Shown piece after piece: positions 40,253-50,902 of a stretch of 64,000 bases of DNA. Within the stretch, counting starts at the first letter, position 1, and the number at the start of each line of letters is the position of its first letter. Below the pieces are notes generated by a model. It searched no databases, had not been told where the DNA came from, and saw nothing but the letters and a program-made list of their open reading frames with translations. The translations under genes and the position numbers were made by a program. The stretch comes from Candidatus Spongiisociaceae bacterium (lineage in GTDB: Bacteria; Actinomycetota; Acidimicrobiia; Spongiisociales; Spongiisociaceae): contig OZ253564.1 in the NCBI GenBank assembly GCA_965262915.1, forward strand, positions 3,328,001 to 3,392,000, given 5' to 3'.

Positions 40253-41179
40253 ATGACAGCATCGCCAGATCACGAACAGATCCGGATCCCGGGAGGGGAG
40301 TTCCTCATGGGATCCGACGACCACTACCACGAGGAGCGTCCGGCTCGGATGGTAAAGGTGGACTCGTTCCGGATGGACACCTATCCGGTGACCAACCGCC
40401 GGTTCCGGGACTTCGTGGACGCCACCGGCTACGTGACCATCGCCGAGCGGCCTCTCGACCCCGTCCTCTACGCGGGCGCGCGGCTCCAGGACCTGGTTCC
40501 GGGCTCGCTCGTGTTCGTGATGACGGACGGACCCGTGGACCTGGGGGACTTCCGGAACTGGTGGGCGTGGGTACCCGGGGCTAAATGGGCCCGACCGTTC
40601 GGACCGGGCTCCTCGCTGGACGGACTCGAGGACCATCCCGTAGTGCATGCCGCCTACCCCGACGCGGTCGCCTATGCCCGGTGGGCGGGCATGCGCCTCC
40701 CGTCGGAGGCCGAGTGGGAGTACGCCGCCCGGGGCGGGTTGGTTGGCGTCGAGTTCGCGTGGGGTGACGAGGATCTCCAGGAGACCGCGCCTCTCGCCAA
40801 CACCTGGCAGGGACGCTTCCCGTACGAGAACACCGAAGTCGACGGATGGACCCGCACCAGCCCGGTCGGTTACTACCAACCCAACGGGTACGGGCTCCAC
40901 GACATGACGGGCAACGTATGGGAGTGGACCTCCACCCCTTACTACGAGCCTCCCTCCCGGACACCCGGGCGACGACGCTGCTGCGGGCCCCCGAAGGCCG
41001 GCGCCCTCTCCGCGGCGGACGACCCCGGACCCTTCCCGTCCCGGACCATCAAAGGCGGGTCGCACCTGTGCACCACCCAGTACTGCTTCCGCTACCGGCC
41101 CGCGGCCCGCCAGCCCCAGACGATCGACACCTCGACCAGCCATCTCGGGTTTCGCTGCGTGGCCCGGGGCCGTTCGTGA
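40253..41179 (+). CDS. Formylglycine-generating enzyme family protein (SUMF1-like)
   Basis: FLMGSD..EERP, HPVVH, RLPSEAEWEYAARGG, DMTGNVWEW, KGGSHLC..YCFRYRPAAR, GFRC. Confidence 0.93.
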   Translation: MTASPDHEQIRIPGGEFLMGSDDHYHEERPARMVKVDSFRMDTYPVTNRRFRDFVDATGYVTIAERPLDPVLYAGARLQDLVPGSLVFVMTDGPVDLGDFRNWWAWVPGAKWARPFGPGSSLDGLEDHPVVHAAYPDAVAYARWAGMRLPSEAEWEYAARGGLVGVEFAWGDEDLQETAPLANTWQGRFPYENTEVDGWTRTSPVGYYQPNGYGLHDMTGNVWEWTSTPYYEPPSRTPGRRRCCGPPKAGALSAADDPGPFPSRTIKGGSHLCTTQYCFRYRPAARQPQTIDTSTSHLGFRCVARGRS

Positions 41180-41234
41180 GCCCCCCGGCCGGATGGGAGA
41201 ACCCCGCCCGGCAGGCCGGTAGAATCCGGCGTTC

Positions 41235-42865
41235 ATGAGGTTGTTCGAGACCGACCTGCTGGAATTCGGAAGCTACGAGGCGCTGGTCGAAGGCTTCGCG
41301 TGGGACATCCCCGAGCGCGTGAACATCGCCTCGGAGATCTTCGATCGCTGGAGCCAGGACCGCAGACGGATCGCTCTGTACGTGGAGCGAACCGACGGCC
41401 GCCGGGATGTCTGGTCCTACTGGGAGTTGATCCGGCTGGCCAAGCGGTACGCCAACTTCCTCGTGTCGCTCGGGGTCAGGAAAGGCGACCGGGTCTCGTT
41501 GGTCATGCCGCAGAGTGCCGAAGTGGCCGCTCTCCACCTGCTGTCTACGCGGTTGGAGCCACCGTTCTGCCGATGTCCAGCCTGTACGGCCCGGACTCCT
41601 ACCGCCACATCCTATCCGATTCCGGTACCGGCACCATCGTCGTGGCGGAGGACTACGCAGACCGTATCAGGATGGTCACCGGCGACCTTCCCGAACTCGA
41701 GACGGTTGTCATCTTCGGGCAGCCGCGCGACGGTGAGCGGTCGCTGGCCGAAGCAGGAGCCTTTCCGCCCGAGTTCGATCCGGTGGACACCTCTTCGATG
41801 GATCCGGCCATGCTCCTCTACACCTCGGGCAGCACCGGCCATCCCAAAGGCGCCCTCCACGGCCACCGCATCATCAAAGGCTACCTCCTCACATTCAAGC
41901 TCTTCTTCAACGTGGCATTCGACGAATCGACCGTGTTCTACACCCCGTCCGACTGGGCCTGGGTGGGCGGCCTGCTCGACATCCTCCTCCCTGCGCTCGT
42001 CTTCGGACATCCGGTGGTGGCCGACCAGAAGCGCTTCTCGGCGGAGCGCGCCTTCGAGGTAATAGCTCGCAACGGGGTGACCCACGCGTTCCTCACCCCG
42101 ACCGCCCTCAAGATGATGGCCCAGGTCCCCGAACCGGCTGCCGGGTTCGACCTCGACTTGAGGGTAATAGCGAGCGGTGGCGAGTCGGTCGCCGACGAGC
42201 TTCACAAGTGGAGCGAACGTGAACTGGGCGCGGTGATCAACGAGTTCTACGGTCTCACGGAGGTCAACCACCTCGTGAGAGGGTGCGAAGCCCTCTGGGC
42301 GGGGATTCCGGGTTGGATGGGCCTCCCCTACCCCGGTCGCACCGTGGCGGTGCTGGACGGAAGCGGAGAGCCGATCGACCCCGGCGAGATCGGCGAGATC
42401 GCGGTCCGTCCCGGTGATCCCACCCAGATGATCGAGTACTGGGGCAACCCGGCAGCAACCGCAGGCCAGTACCGCAACGGCTGGAACATGACCGGTGACC
42501 AGGGCATCGGCGACGCAGACGGCTACGTACGGTTCCTGGGACGCGACGACGACATGATCTCGAGTGCCGGTTACCGGATCGGACCGGCCGAGGTGGAGGA
42601 ATCGCTGGTGCGCCATCCTCGGGTGGCGGAGGTGGCGGTCATACCCTCACCCGACCCGATAAGGGGTCAGATCGTGAAAGCGGCGGTGGTTCTCGCCGAC
42701 GGCTACACGGGCAGCGACGAGCTGACCGCCGAGTTGCAGGCCCAGGTCAAGACGCAGCTGGCGGCTTACAAGTACCCGCGTATCGTGCAGTACGTCGACG
42801 GCCTGCCCAAGACCACTACCGGCAAGCTCAACCGGAAACTGCTAGCGGCCCGGGAACGGGGCTGA
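41235..42865 (+). pseudogene. AMP-binding acyl-CoA synthetase, frameshifted near 41540
   Basis: WDIPERVNIA N-part; YTSGSTGHPKG, YGLTE, TGD, GRDDD, PKTTTGK C-part; one missing base joins ALHL to AVYAVG. Confidence 0.85.
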
Positions 42866-44825
42866 GACCGGCGACACCCGAAGCAAGACCGATCCGCTCC
42901 GCGACTTCCGCCGCCTCCTGACCGGCGGCGTACAGGTCCCTGGCCCGCACCGCGTCGCCGATGCAGTACACCGTCGCCCGGAGCCCGGCCCTTTCTAGCT
43001 CGTCGAAGAGTTCGTTGTTGGGTACCCGCCCTCCGACCACCACAGCGCCGACTTCGATGTGGGCCTCGACCCCTCTGGTCTGGATGGCCACCCGGTTGCC
43101 CGATATTGCCTCGGCAGTGGTTTCGCGGTGGATGTGAACTCCCGCGTCGGCTTCCAGGTCCATCTCCACCAGCAGTCCGTTGAATGCCCCGTCGGCAGCC
43201 ACGGAGGCGCTCCCCTCGGTGAGATGAATCACGACACCGGCGCGGCGCAGGTGCTGCACGACCGCGCAGGCCGCGAAGTCACCGCCCAAGACCGCAACCT
43301 CCGCCTCCCACTCGTCGATCGGCCTCTCCAGCGCGGAGAGCACATCGAAGAGGGGCACGGTCCGGTCCTCTTCATCGGCCCACAGGTAGCCACCGCGTGC
43401 ACCGGTGGCCACCACCACCACATCGGGGTCCATCTCTCGAATGTCCTCGACGCGAATGCGGCGGTCCATCTCGACTGCGACGCCGAGTTCTTCCATCTCG
43501 CGGGCCAGCCAATCCACGAGCGTCCCGTACTCGGGCAGGGCCTGCCGCAGGTAGTGGAGCTGGCCGCCCAGCCGCCCAGTCGCCTCGCAGAGCGTCACGT
43601 CATGACCCTGGAGACCGAGGAAACGGGCCGCGTGCATCCCCGCAACCCCGCCCCCGACCACCAGCACCCGCAGCCGGACCGCAGCCGGACTCCAGGTGGT
43701 CCGTGACAGTTCGTAGGCAGTGGCGGGGTTGGACGCGCATCCGGCGGGCGTACGGGCAACTGTGAGGTTGACACAGCTGTTGCACCCGGTACAGGGCAGT
43801 ATCTCGTCGGCCCGATCCTCGGCCAGCTTGCGTACGTAGTCGGGATCCGCGTGGAAGGCGCGGGCCAGGGTGACGTACTCGAACCCCTCCCGCTCCATGA
43901 CCATGCTGGAGAACACCGGGTCGTTCATCCGCTGCGCCACGCTCACCGGCACCCGGTCACCCACCGCCCGTCGGATCAGCGCCGCCGCCTCGACGAATCC
44001 GCCCTTCGGTGTCTCGGGTCCCTGGAATATCTTGGACATGGACTCGTACGTGCCGCCGGCCACGTCGATCAGGTCGATGCCGGCGTCGGCCAGCATCACC
44101 GCGAAGCAGGCCGACTCCCCAGCCTCCAGACCCCCCTCGACGTACTCGGCGGCCGAGATGCGGTACCCGATCGGGTAGTCCGGACCGACCATCTCCCGGA
44201 CAGCCGCCAGAACCTCGAGCGGGAACCGCGCCCGGTTCTCGAGAGAGCCTCCGTACCCGTCGGTCCGCCGGTTGGACCGGGGCGACAGGAATTGGCCGAG
44301 CAGGTAACCGTGCGCCCCGTGCAGGTGGATCATGTCGACCCCGGCCTCCAGACACCGCCGAGCCGCCTGAACGAAATCGTCGATAACCCGACGGATGTCT
44401 GCACGGCTCATCGCCCGCGGAACCGATCCGGGGTCCATGAAGGTCGAAGGAATCGCCGACGGAGCGATCGGACGACGATGGTGGGCAGCAATCGAGGACT
44501 GGCGGCCCCCGTGGTGGAGTTCCATGGCCAGCTTGCCACCGTGCCGGTGGATCTCGTCCGCCATCCTTGTGAAGGCCGGTACGACGTGATCGCCGTGACA
44601 TCCCACCTGGTAAGGGTTTCCCCGACCCTCGGGTGATACGTAGGTCGACTCGAGCTGGATCAGCGCCGCGCCGCCCATCGCCCGCCGCCGTGCGTAGGCG
44701 ATGTAACGCTCACCGACGCTCCCGTCGAGGTTGGCGAGCGACTTCTCCATCGGCCCCACGATGAGGCGGTTGCGCATGTACATCGTGTTGATGTACCCGG
44801 GGCGTAACAGGTTCTCGAAGGCCAT
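42828..44825 (-). CDS. NADH:flavin oxidoreductase (OYE + Fe-S + FAD; FadH/TMADH-like)
   Basis: HHGGRQ, HGAHGYLL.QFLSP..NRRTDGYGGS.ENR, CTGCNSC, VVGGGVAG. Confidence 0.92.
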   Translation of the reverse strand: MAFENLLRPGYINTMYMRNRLIVGPMEKSLANLDGSVGERYIAYARRRAMGGAALIQLESTYVSPEGRGNPYQVGCHGDHVVPAFTRMADEIHRHGGKLAMELHHGGRQSSIAAHHRRPIAPSAIPSTFMDPGSVPRAMSRADIRRVIDDFVQAARRCLEAGVDMIHLHGAHGYLLGQFLSPRSNRRTDGYGGSLENRARFPLEVLAAVREMVGPDYPIGYRISAAEYVEGGLEAGESACFAVMLADAGIDLIDVAGGTYESMSKIFQGPETPKGGFVEAAALIRRAVGDRVPVSVAQRMNDPVFSSMVMEREGFEYVTLARAFHADPDYVRKLAEDRADEILPCTGCNSCVNLTVARTPAGCASNPATAYELSRTTWSPAAVRLRVLVVGGGVAGMHAARFLGLQGHDVTLCEATGRLGGQLHYLRQALPEYGTLVDWLAREMEELGVAVEMDRRIRVEDIREMDPDVVVVATGARGGYLWADEEDRTVPLFDVLSALERPIDEWEAEVAVLGGDFAACAVVQHLRRAGVVIHLTEGSASVAADGAFNGLLVEMDLEADAGVHIHRETTAEAISGNRVAIQTRGVEAHIEVGAVVVGGRVPNNELFDELERAGLRATVYCIGDAVRARDLYAAGQEAAEVAERIGLASGVAGLSPVPGPLAVSG

Positions 44826-44835
44826 GCGGTTGCTC

Positions 44836-46046
44836 CTAACGTTCCAGCGGCGTGATAGCGGATGCGACCAGCGCCTCGGCAAACTCGCGGTCGTTGATGT
44901 GATGGTCCAGCTTCACGATCGATACCGGCGAATCGGGAGACAACCCCGACTGTACGCCCTCCGCGAAGGCATCGACCGAGTCGGGGTCGTAGAACGGACC
45001 TCCCTCGACGTCGAGTTGGGAGACTCCCTTCATGGGCACGAGCAAGGTCGCAGCCGCGCTCGGGCTCCCGAGGCGTTCCGCCACCGTCCCGCCCAGCCGG
45101 TAGTTCTCCTCCGGCGTGGTGCGGACGAGGGTGACCAGGTCGTTGTGGGCCCGGAAGGTCCGCTCACGGAAATGGTCCGGCAGGCTCGCCAGGGGCCCAG
45201 GCAGATCATGTCGACCGCTCCGGGAGCGATAGCTTGGGGAACTCCGGACTGCGACGCTGCGGTCAGGCGGTCGGATCCCGCCGGCCACAGGCCCCCGAAC
45301 AGCTCGTCGGTCATCTCGCTGATGGTTACAGCGATTGCCGACGAGACCAGGCCTTGGGTGATGAAGGACTCGAACGACCGGCCTCCGGTCTCGTTGGCAT
45401 GGAAGACCAGCGGCTCCTTGCCTTGCGCGACGAGCAGGTTCCGGCAGTGGGTCACGCAGGTGTTGGTCACCCCGTACATGGTGAGGCCGACCGAGTTCTC
45501 CGGTCCGCTCCCCTGCTGCAGGCGGCCGGAGCGCAGCAGGGCCACCGCCACCTGCGCCAGCCGGTTGATCATGCCCCGCAGGATGCTGTTGTCGCCCTCG
45601 ATGTCGAGTATCGGGTAGAGCATGGTGACATCGCTGCCACCCACCAGCGCCCTGGTCTCCCCGGCGACCGAGGTCGCCATCAGGATCTTGGGGATACCGA
45701 TGGGGAGTAGCGGCGCGAGCCGCGTGAAGACCGCCGCGGCGTTGGAGCCCCCCATGCAGACGAGGGCTCCCACTTCACCTTCCTCGAGGAGCCGGGTCAG
45801 GATGCGGGACGCACCCCGGGTCATGACCGACACTCCACCGGCCCTTCCCATAGGCGGAAGGTCTGCCAGCGAGTAACCGGCGGCCTCGGCTACTTCCTCT
45901 GCCGGGTGATCGCACCCGTGGTCACCACCGAAGACGCCCGTGTCGATCATAACGGGAACCGCTCCCAAGGCTCTGAGGGTGCTCGCCAAGAACTCCAGTG
46001 GTTCTGCCTTCGTGTCGAAAGCACCCGCAATGACTACGCGGCTCAC
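44836..46046 (-). pseudogene. Tm-1-like ATP-binding (UPF0261) protein, frameshifted near 45195
   Basis: FDTKAE, LPIGIPK, TMYGVT..CV, VFHA..GG, PGAVDM / HN..VTLVRTT.EEN, P.KGVS, HHINDREFA. Confidence 0.85.
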
Positions 46047-46100
46047 GGCCCGCACCCGACTCGGGGCGTTGACCCTGTCGCCATCATCACTCGAGATCCT

Positions 46101-46868
46101 CTAGATGGTTACGCTCTTGAAGGATCGCACTGTATTCTCGATGGCTACTTCGGTCGGGAGGCGCTCCATCGTGGAGGCGCCGACGAACCCGTAGCAACCG
46201 GAGCCGCGCATCACCGTCGCGACCTCCTCGGGACCCTCAAGCGGTCCTCCATGTAGTACCACCAGGATGTCGGGGTTTATGGCTGTCGAGATCTCCCTGG
46301 TCTCGACAGCCTGGCTGATGCAGGCATTGAGCGACATCGTGAAGGAGTCGGTCGCGCCGATGCTGCCTCCCGTGGTGAGACCGAGGTGGGCCACCATCAC
46401 GTCGACCCCGGCCTCGGCAAAAGCGGCCGCCTCGTGGGACTCGTAGCAGTAGGACATTGTGAACATGCCCCGTTCCGAAGCCTTCCTGAGCATCTCGACC
46501 TCCCGGTACAGACCGAACCCGGTGGCTTCCAGGCTCTCTCTCCAGCGCCCGTCCGTGTACCCGATGGACGGGAAATTGATCACCCCGGAGAAGCCCATCG
46601 CCTCTACTTGTCCGAGGAACCTGTCCATCACCCGGGTGGGGTCGGTGCCGTTCACCCCTGCGATGACCGGCGTGTTCCTCACCACCGGCAGCACCTCCCT
46701 CTCCCCCATCTCCATGACGATGGCGTTGGCGTCGCCGATAGGCAGAAGTCCTGCGTTGGAGCCGTGGCCGGCCATGCGGTATTTGCCGGAGTTGTAGATG
46801 AGGATCAGGTCGGTGCCGCTCGCCAAAGTTGCCCGGAGTCTCTCCAGTACCTGATCCCTGGTAAACAT
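46101..46868 (-). CDS. PEP-hydrolase-like TIM-barrel protein (Tm-1 C-terminal homolog), apparently with an internal in-frame deletion
   Basis: DLILIYNSGKYRMAG..GLLP.GDAN, GTDP, NFP, AHLGLT.GG.IG, HGGP, GASTMERLP.E. Confidence 0.85.
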   Translation of the reverse strand: MFTRDQVLERLRATLASGTDLILIYNSGKYRMAGHGSNAGLLPIGDANAIVMEMGEREVLPVVRNTPVIAGVNGTDPTRVMDRFLGQVEAMGFSGVINFPSIGYTDGRWRESLEATGFGLYREVEMLRKASERGMFTMSYCYESHEAAAFAEAGVDVMVAHLGLTTGGSIGATDSFTMSLNACISQAVETREISTAINPDILVVLHGGPLEGPEEVATVMRGSGCYGFVGASTMERLPTEVAIENTVRSFKSVTI

Positions 46869-46902
46869 CGCTGTTCCTACTCCCTCCCGTCGATCGGTGT
46901 GC

Positions 46903-47680
46903 TCAGTCGACCATTATCAGGCCGCCGTTGACATGGATGGTCTAGCCGGTCACGTAGGCCCCGGCGTCCGACGCCAGGAAGATGGCCGGCCCCACCAGGT
47001 CTTCGGCCACCTCCATGCGGCCGAGCGGGATGTACTTCTCGTACTCGAACAGGTAGTCCCGGTGGTGGGCGTGCATGGGTGTATCCACAGCCCCGGGTGC
47101 GATGGCGTTGACTCTCACGCCATGCGGGCCACGTCCTGGGCGGCGGCCCTGCTCAGGGACTGCAGCGCCGCCTTTGCGGAGCAGTAGTCGATCCCGCCAC
47201 CGTCCTGGTTGAACACCGACGCCCGGGACGACCACGAACTGCCGATGTTGATGACGCTGCCCCTTCCGGCGGCGACCATCTCCTTGAGAACCTCCCGCAT
47301 GATCCGCATCGGCGCCTTGAGGTTGATCCCGTACATCCGGTCCCACTGCTCGTCGGTGATCCCGATGATGTCGGCGTATCCCATGATGCCGGCGTTGTTG
47401 GTCAGGACATCGATCCGGCCGCTGAGATCCTTGGCCGCGGTGACGATTCGCTCCGGCGCGTCAGGGTCGGTCACGTCGGCCACCACGGTCGCCACACCGT
47501 GCCCGATCTCCAGGGTCCCGGCTGCGGTCTCATGCAGTAGCGAGCCGTTGAGATCCACCAGAACCGTGTCGCTACCGGAGTGGGCCAACCCGGTGGCCAA
47601 GGCCTTGCCGATACCCTGGCCCGCGCCCGTGACGATGCTGCAGTAGCTGCTCAGATCGAACAGGTTTCGTGATATGTCCG
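46903..47680 (-). pseudogene. SDR oxidoreductase with frameshift (~47128) and in-frame TAG (46942)
   Basis: TGAGQGIG, NNAG, YCSAK / GVRVNAIAPG..YVTG*TIHVNGG; start approximate. Confidence 0.85.
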
Positions 47681-48016
47681 GAAACGGGAGACTCAACTTT
47701 CGGGCCCTTCTGCCGGCGGATCGGGGTTCGGGGGTCGATGCGGCGGCCATGTTAGTGAGAGGGAGCGCGGATGGGGAGAATCACCCGGAGGGCTTCTTCA
47801 TACCCGAGTTGCACCCATCGCGGGAGCGCGTCGGGTGTGGATATCGAGCCTCCGTGAGCCACCCGTGATGCCCACCGGCGGACCCGAACCTATCCGTGCA
47901 CGCTCCACCGTTCGATTGCGGGAAACGGGTTCGTCGCCCACGGATCGAGACCGTCCGATCAGCCCCCGTCCTCCCGACCTCATCGGACGGGCCTGTCATA
48001 CGACGACCGGGGTAGC

Positions 48017-48748
48017 ATGCCTCCTGTGAGGACACACGGAACACCGGGGCGACTTTCGGGCCTCCCGATCTCCCTTGTCTTGCTCCTGCTCGTACTCGCA
48101 TCGGCCTGTGGGGATCCGGACACCCCTGCCGCAGAACAAACGACCGTACCCGCGACCACCACCTCTGACGCGCCTCCTCCGAGCACAGCCACCACCATGA
48201 CCACCACTATCGGGACCACCACTACCGCTGCCCCCACCACTACCGCCGCCCCCACCACTACCGCTGCTCCCGTCCCGGCGATCGATCCCCCTCCGGTGCT
48301 GCGTGAGGACACCCCCCCGCTGGTGGACATCGACGGCTGGCTGGCCTCGGATGTCACCTCGTTGGAGGAGCTGAGAGGCTCGGTGGTGGTGGTCGAGTTC
48401 TGGACCTTCGGTTGCTACAACTGCAAGAACCGCATCCCCTACACCCAGGACCTGTACGCCAACTACAAGGACCACGGTCTGGAGATAGTCGGCATCCACT
48501 CCCCCGAGTTCGCGTACGAACGTGAGGTGGCCAACATCGAGGAAGCGATGGTCGATCTCGGCGTTACGTGGCCGGTCGTGCTGGACACCGACCGGCAGAC
48601 CTTCCGTGAGTGGCAGGGACGCCCCGCCTACTGGCCTCGCACCTATGTCCTGGACCGTCAGGGCCGGATCCGGTTCGACCACATCGGCGAGGGCGCCTAC
48701 GACGAACTGTTCGAGGTAGTCGACTACCTGCTGACCGAAAGCGCGTGA
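48017..48748 (+). CDS. Thioredoxin-like (redoxin, DipZ-type) lipoprotein
   Basis: Lipobox LASAC, Thr-rich linker, EFWTFGCYNC, GIHSPEF.YER, YWP, HIGEGAY. Confidence 0.9.
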   Translation: MPPVRTHGTPGRLSGLPISLVLLLLVLASACGDPDTPAAEQTTVPATTTSDAPPPSTATTMTTTIGTTTTAAPTTTAAPTTTAAPVPAIDPPPVLREDTPPLVDIDGWLASDVTSLEELRGSVVVVEFWTFGCYNCKNRIPYTQDLYANYKDHGLEIVGIHSPEFAYEREVANIEEAMVDLGVTWPVVLDTDRQTFREWQGRPAYWPRTYVLDRQGRIRFDHIGEGAYDELFEVVDYLLTESA

Positions 48749-49344
48749 GCCTGGTCGGCGAGGCCATCCGCGCCGGTCTTCAACCCTGTTCCTACTCGCT
48801 CCTCATCCTTGCTCTGGTCGTCCTCGGTCTGCGGGGCCGGAGAGCCCGGCTCCCAGGTCTCGGGGTTTACTACGCGGCTACCACCCTCTTCGCGTGGATA
48901 CCCTTCGTCGGCGTCAACCCGCTGCTGGACGGTAGGATCGCCGGAACCATCGCCCTGCCGGCCGGACTGCTGCTTGCCGGCTGGAGAGCGACCGGGAGGG
49001 ACAACTCCCCCGCCGTTGGACTTGCCGGGGTGGCTGTGGTCGGCGCATTCGCCGGGGCTACATGGCTTCCGTGCGTCGGCCGGGAACTGGGTGCGGTCCT
49101 GACCGCCGCCACCACCGACCCCTGGCCGGGCCTGGTGGGTCTGGCCGTGTACCTGTTGGGAGCCATGTGGATAGCGCTGGTTGCGACCGTCATCGGTGAC
49201 TACGTTCCCCCGATCCGCCGGGCTTTGGAGAAGCAATCGGTGATCAACGGCTTCAGGGTCGTGGGAGGAGCCATCGTTCTCACAGTCGCCGTCGACCTGT
49301 ATCCCCTCCTGCTGAGCCACCTGGCGCGCCTGTCATCCCTATGA
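48745..49344 (+). CDS. CcdA/DsbD-beta-like membrane electron transporter
   Basis: Hydrophobic; two PC motifs (QPCS, WLPCVG); GTGA-coupled to the redoxin. Confidence 0.7.
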   Translation: MSLVGEAIRAGLQPCSYSLLILALVVLGLRGRRARLPGLGVYYAATTLFAWIPFVGVNPLLDGRIAGTIALPAGLLLAGWRATGRDNSPAVGLAGVAVVGAFAGATWLPCVGRELGAVLTAATTDPWPGLVGLAVYLLGAMWIALVATVIGDYVPPIRRALEKQSVINGFRVVGGAIVLTVAVDLYPLLLSHLARLSSL

Positions 49345-49361
49345 CCGCGAGGGCCGTCCAG

Positions 49362-49460
49362 GAGGGTGCCAAGAAACGGTGATATCGGTTGGCCCGCCGT
49401 CCGCTGACCTGGCATTCTGTCATCGACCGTCGGGCCAACGGGGGGTTTCTCAGCACCCTC
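49362..49460. mobile_element. 99-bp MITE-family element
   Basis: IR GAGGGTGCCAAGAAAC / GTTTCTCAGCACCCTC; internal GTTGGCCCG/CGGGCCAAC stem. Confidence 0.75.
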
Positions 49461-49643
49461 CATGAGGTCGCGGCGCCCGAAGCCGTCTCGTATCGTTCCC
49501 GATCCTGAACGCGTGGCCCTGTCTCGCCTCGCATCCCATCCGAAGGAACAACCTGCGTTCCGTGTCGGGGGACCTCGGTAAACTCACCGAGGCGGTGAGT
49601 GGACCGCGCCGCCTCGTCGGCCAAGAGCGGAGCAAGACGCGAC

Positions 49644-50036
49644 ATGGACGTGACAATCACCGCCAACGCGCTGGCCAGATATGTGCCGGTGCTACGAGCT
49701 TCGGATGACGACTTTCGTCTGCGGGTGGTTCTGCACGATTTCGGGATGGTCTTCCAGCACGCCACAACCCTGGACCGCTCGTTTCTCGTCTCGGAGGAAC
49801 CTGAGCTGTTCGATCCCCGATGGGACGCTTTCCTCGCCGCCTATACCGAGCATCTGTGCTACCACGCCGCCATCCCCACCCCGGCCTGGGTCTTCACAGC
49901 CGACCGTCACCTCCCCCGCTTCTGGTACCCGGGGCGACGTTTCCCCCGCGAGCGGGCGGCGACGATCCTCACGACGCCCGCGGCGTTCGAGGTCCACGGG
50001 ATATGGTTTCCGGAGCGGGAACTCGAGGTTGTCTAG
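49644..50036 (+). CDS. Hypothetical protein, putative partner of the downstream nucleotidyltransferase
   Basis: EEP..DPRWDAFLAA..EHL..PAWV..TP.AF..HG; stop overlaps the next start. Confidence 0.7.
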   Translation: MDVTITANALARYVPVLRASDDDFRLRVVLHDFGMVFQHATTLDRSFLVSEEPELFDPRWDAFLAAYTEHLCYHAAIPTPAWVFTADRHLPRFWYPGRRFPRERAATILTTPAAFEVHGIWFPERELEVV

Positions 50037-50626
50037 TGGAGCCGCTGACCGAGGCTGAGATCCGTGCCGCTCTGGAAGAACTCGCCGAACGGCTATCCGC
50101 AAGGCGTGCGCAAGGACGGCTCTACGTCGCCGGCGGGGCCGCCATGGCCTTGGCGTACGACAGTGACAAGCTGACGCGTGACATAGACGCGGCGATCATC
50201 GAGGGTCATGGCGCTGTCATCGAGGCCGCACGCGAGATTGCCCTCTCCCGGCAATGGCCGAGCACGTGGATCAACGAGCAGGCAACTCCCTACATGCCGA
50301 CCGTCCCGGACCGGCGTGGTCTGGTCGTATTCGACCATCCGGCGCTGAAAGTGGTCGTCGCCTCCCGGGAACACATGCTGGCCATGAAAGTGAGGGCGGC
50401 ACGATCTTCGGACGTCGCCGATACGCGGCGCCTCCTCCAGGAGACAGGCCTATCCGGGGCGGACGAGGTCGAGGCCCTCGTAGAGTCGGTCTTCCCCGGA
50501 GAATGCCTCGGCGGACGGCAGCGACGATGGCTCGAAGATCTTCTGAATGCCTCGGCGGACGGCAGCGACGGACATACCAACCCACCCGTACGAGGGTGCT
50601 CTAGGGGAATGCCCGTCGTCCGCTGA
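50036..50626 (+). CDS. DUF6036/AbiEii-like nucleotidyltransferase
   Basis: LYVAGGAAMALAY..TRDID, WINE, MLAMKV.AAR..DVAD; C-terminus runs into a MITE. Confidence 0.8.
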   Translation: MEPLTEAEIRAALEELAERLSARRAQGRLYVAGGAAMALAYDSDKLTRDIDAAIIEGHGAVIEAAREIALSRQWPSTWINEQATPYMPTVPDRRGLVVFDHPALKVVVASREHMLAMKVRAARSSDVADTRRLLQETGLSGADEVEALVESVFPGECLGGRQRRWLEDLLNASADGSDGHTNPPVRGCSRGMPVVR

Positions 50627-50679
50627 CATGACGTACTGTCCTTGACCGTCGCTCCCCCCGGGGGGTGTTGACCACCCTC
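50592..50679. mobile_element. Degenerate 88-bp MITE-family element
   Basis: Begins GAGGGTGCT, ends ACCACCCTC followed by CTAG. Confidence 0.5.
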
Positions 50680-50769
50680 CTAGAAACGATCTCGCCGCTG
50701 GTCGGCCATTGACCCGCCCGGCACCGGATGTCGACCGGGCAACGACCAAAGGAGCGGGACCCGCCTCGT

Positions 50770-50902
50770 CGCCCAGGCGCGGCACCGCCACCGAGAAGTT
50801 GACCCTACCGAGGTAGTAGACCGCGTAGACCGACCATGCCGACGCGATCAGACCCCACCGGGTGCGCGATTCGGATGAGTCCGGTGGAGTGGCGGAGGTC
50901 AA
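50770..50902 (-). pseudogene. N-terminal fragment of an MFS transporter
   Basis: RWGLIASAWSVYAVYYLGRVNFSVAVPRL, then homology stops. Confidence 0.7.

Noticed and set aside
48200-48270. Tandem ACCACTACCGC(T/C)GCCCCC repeats
   Set aside because: They encode an ordinary Thr/Ala/Pro lipoprotein linker.
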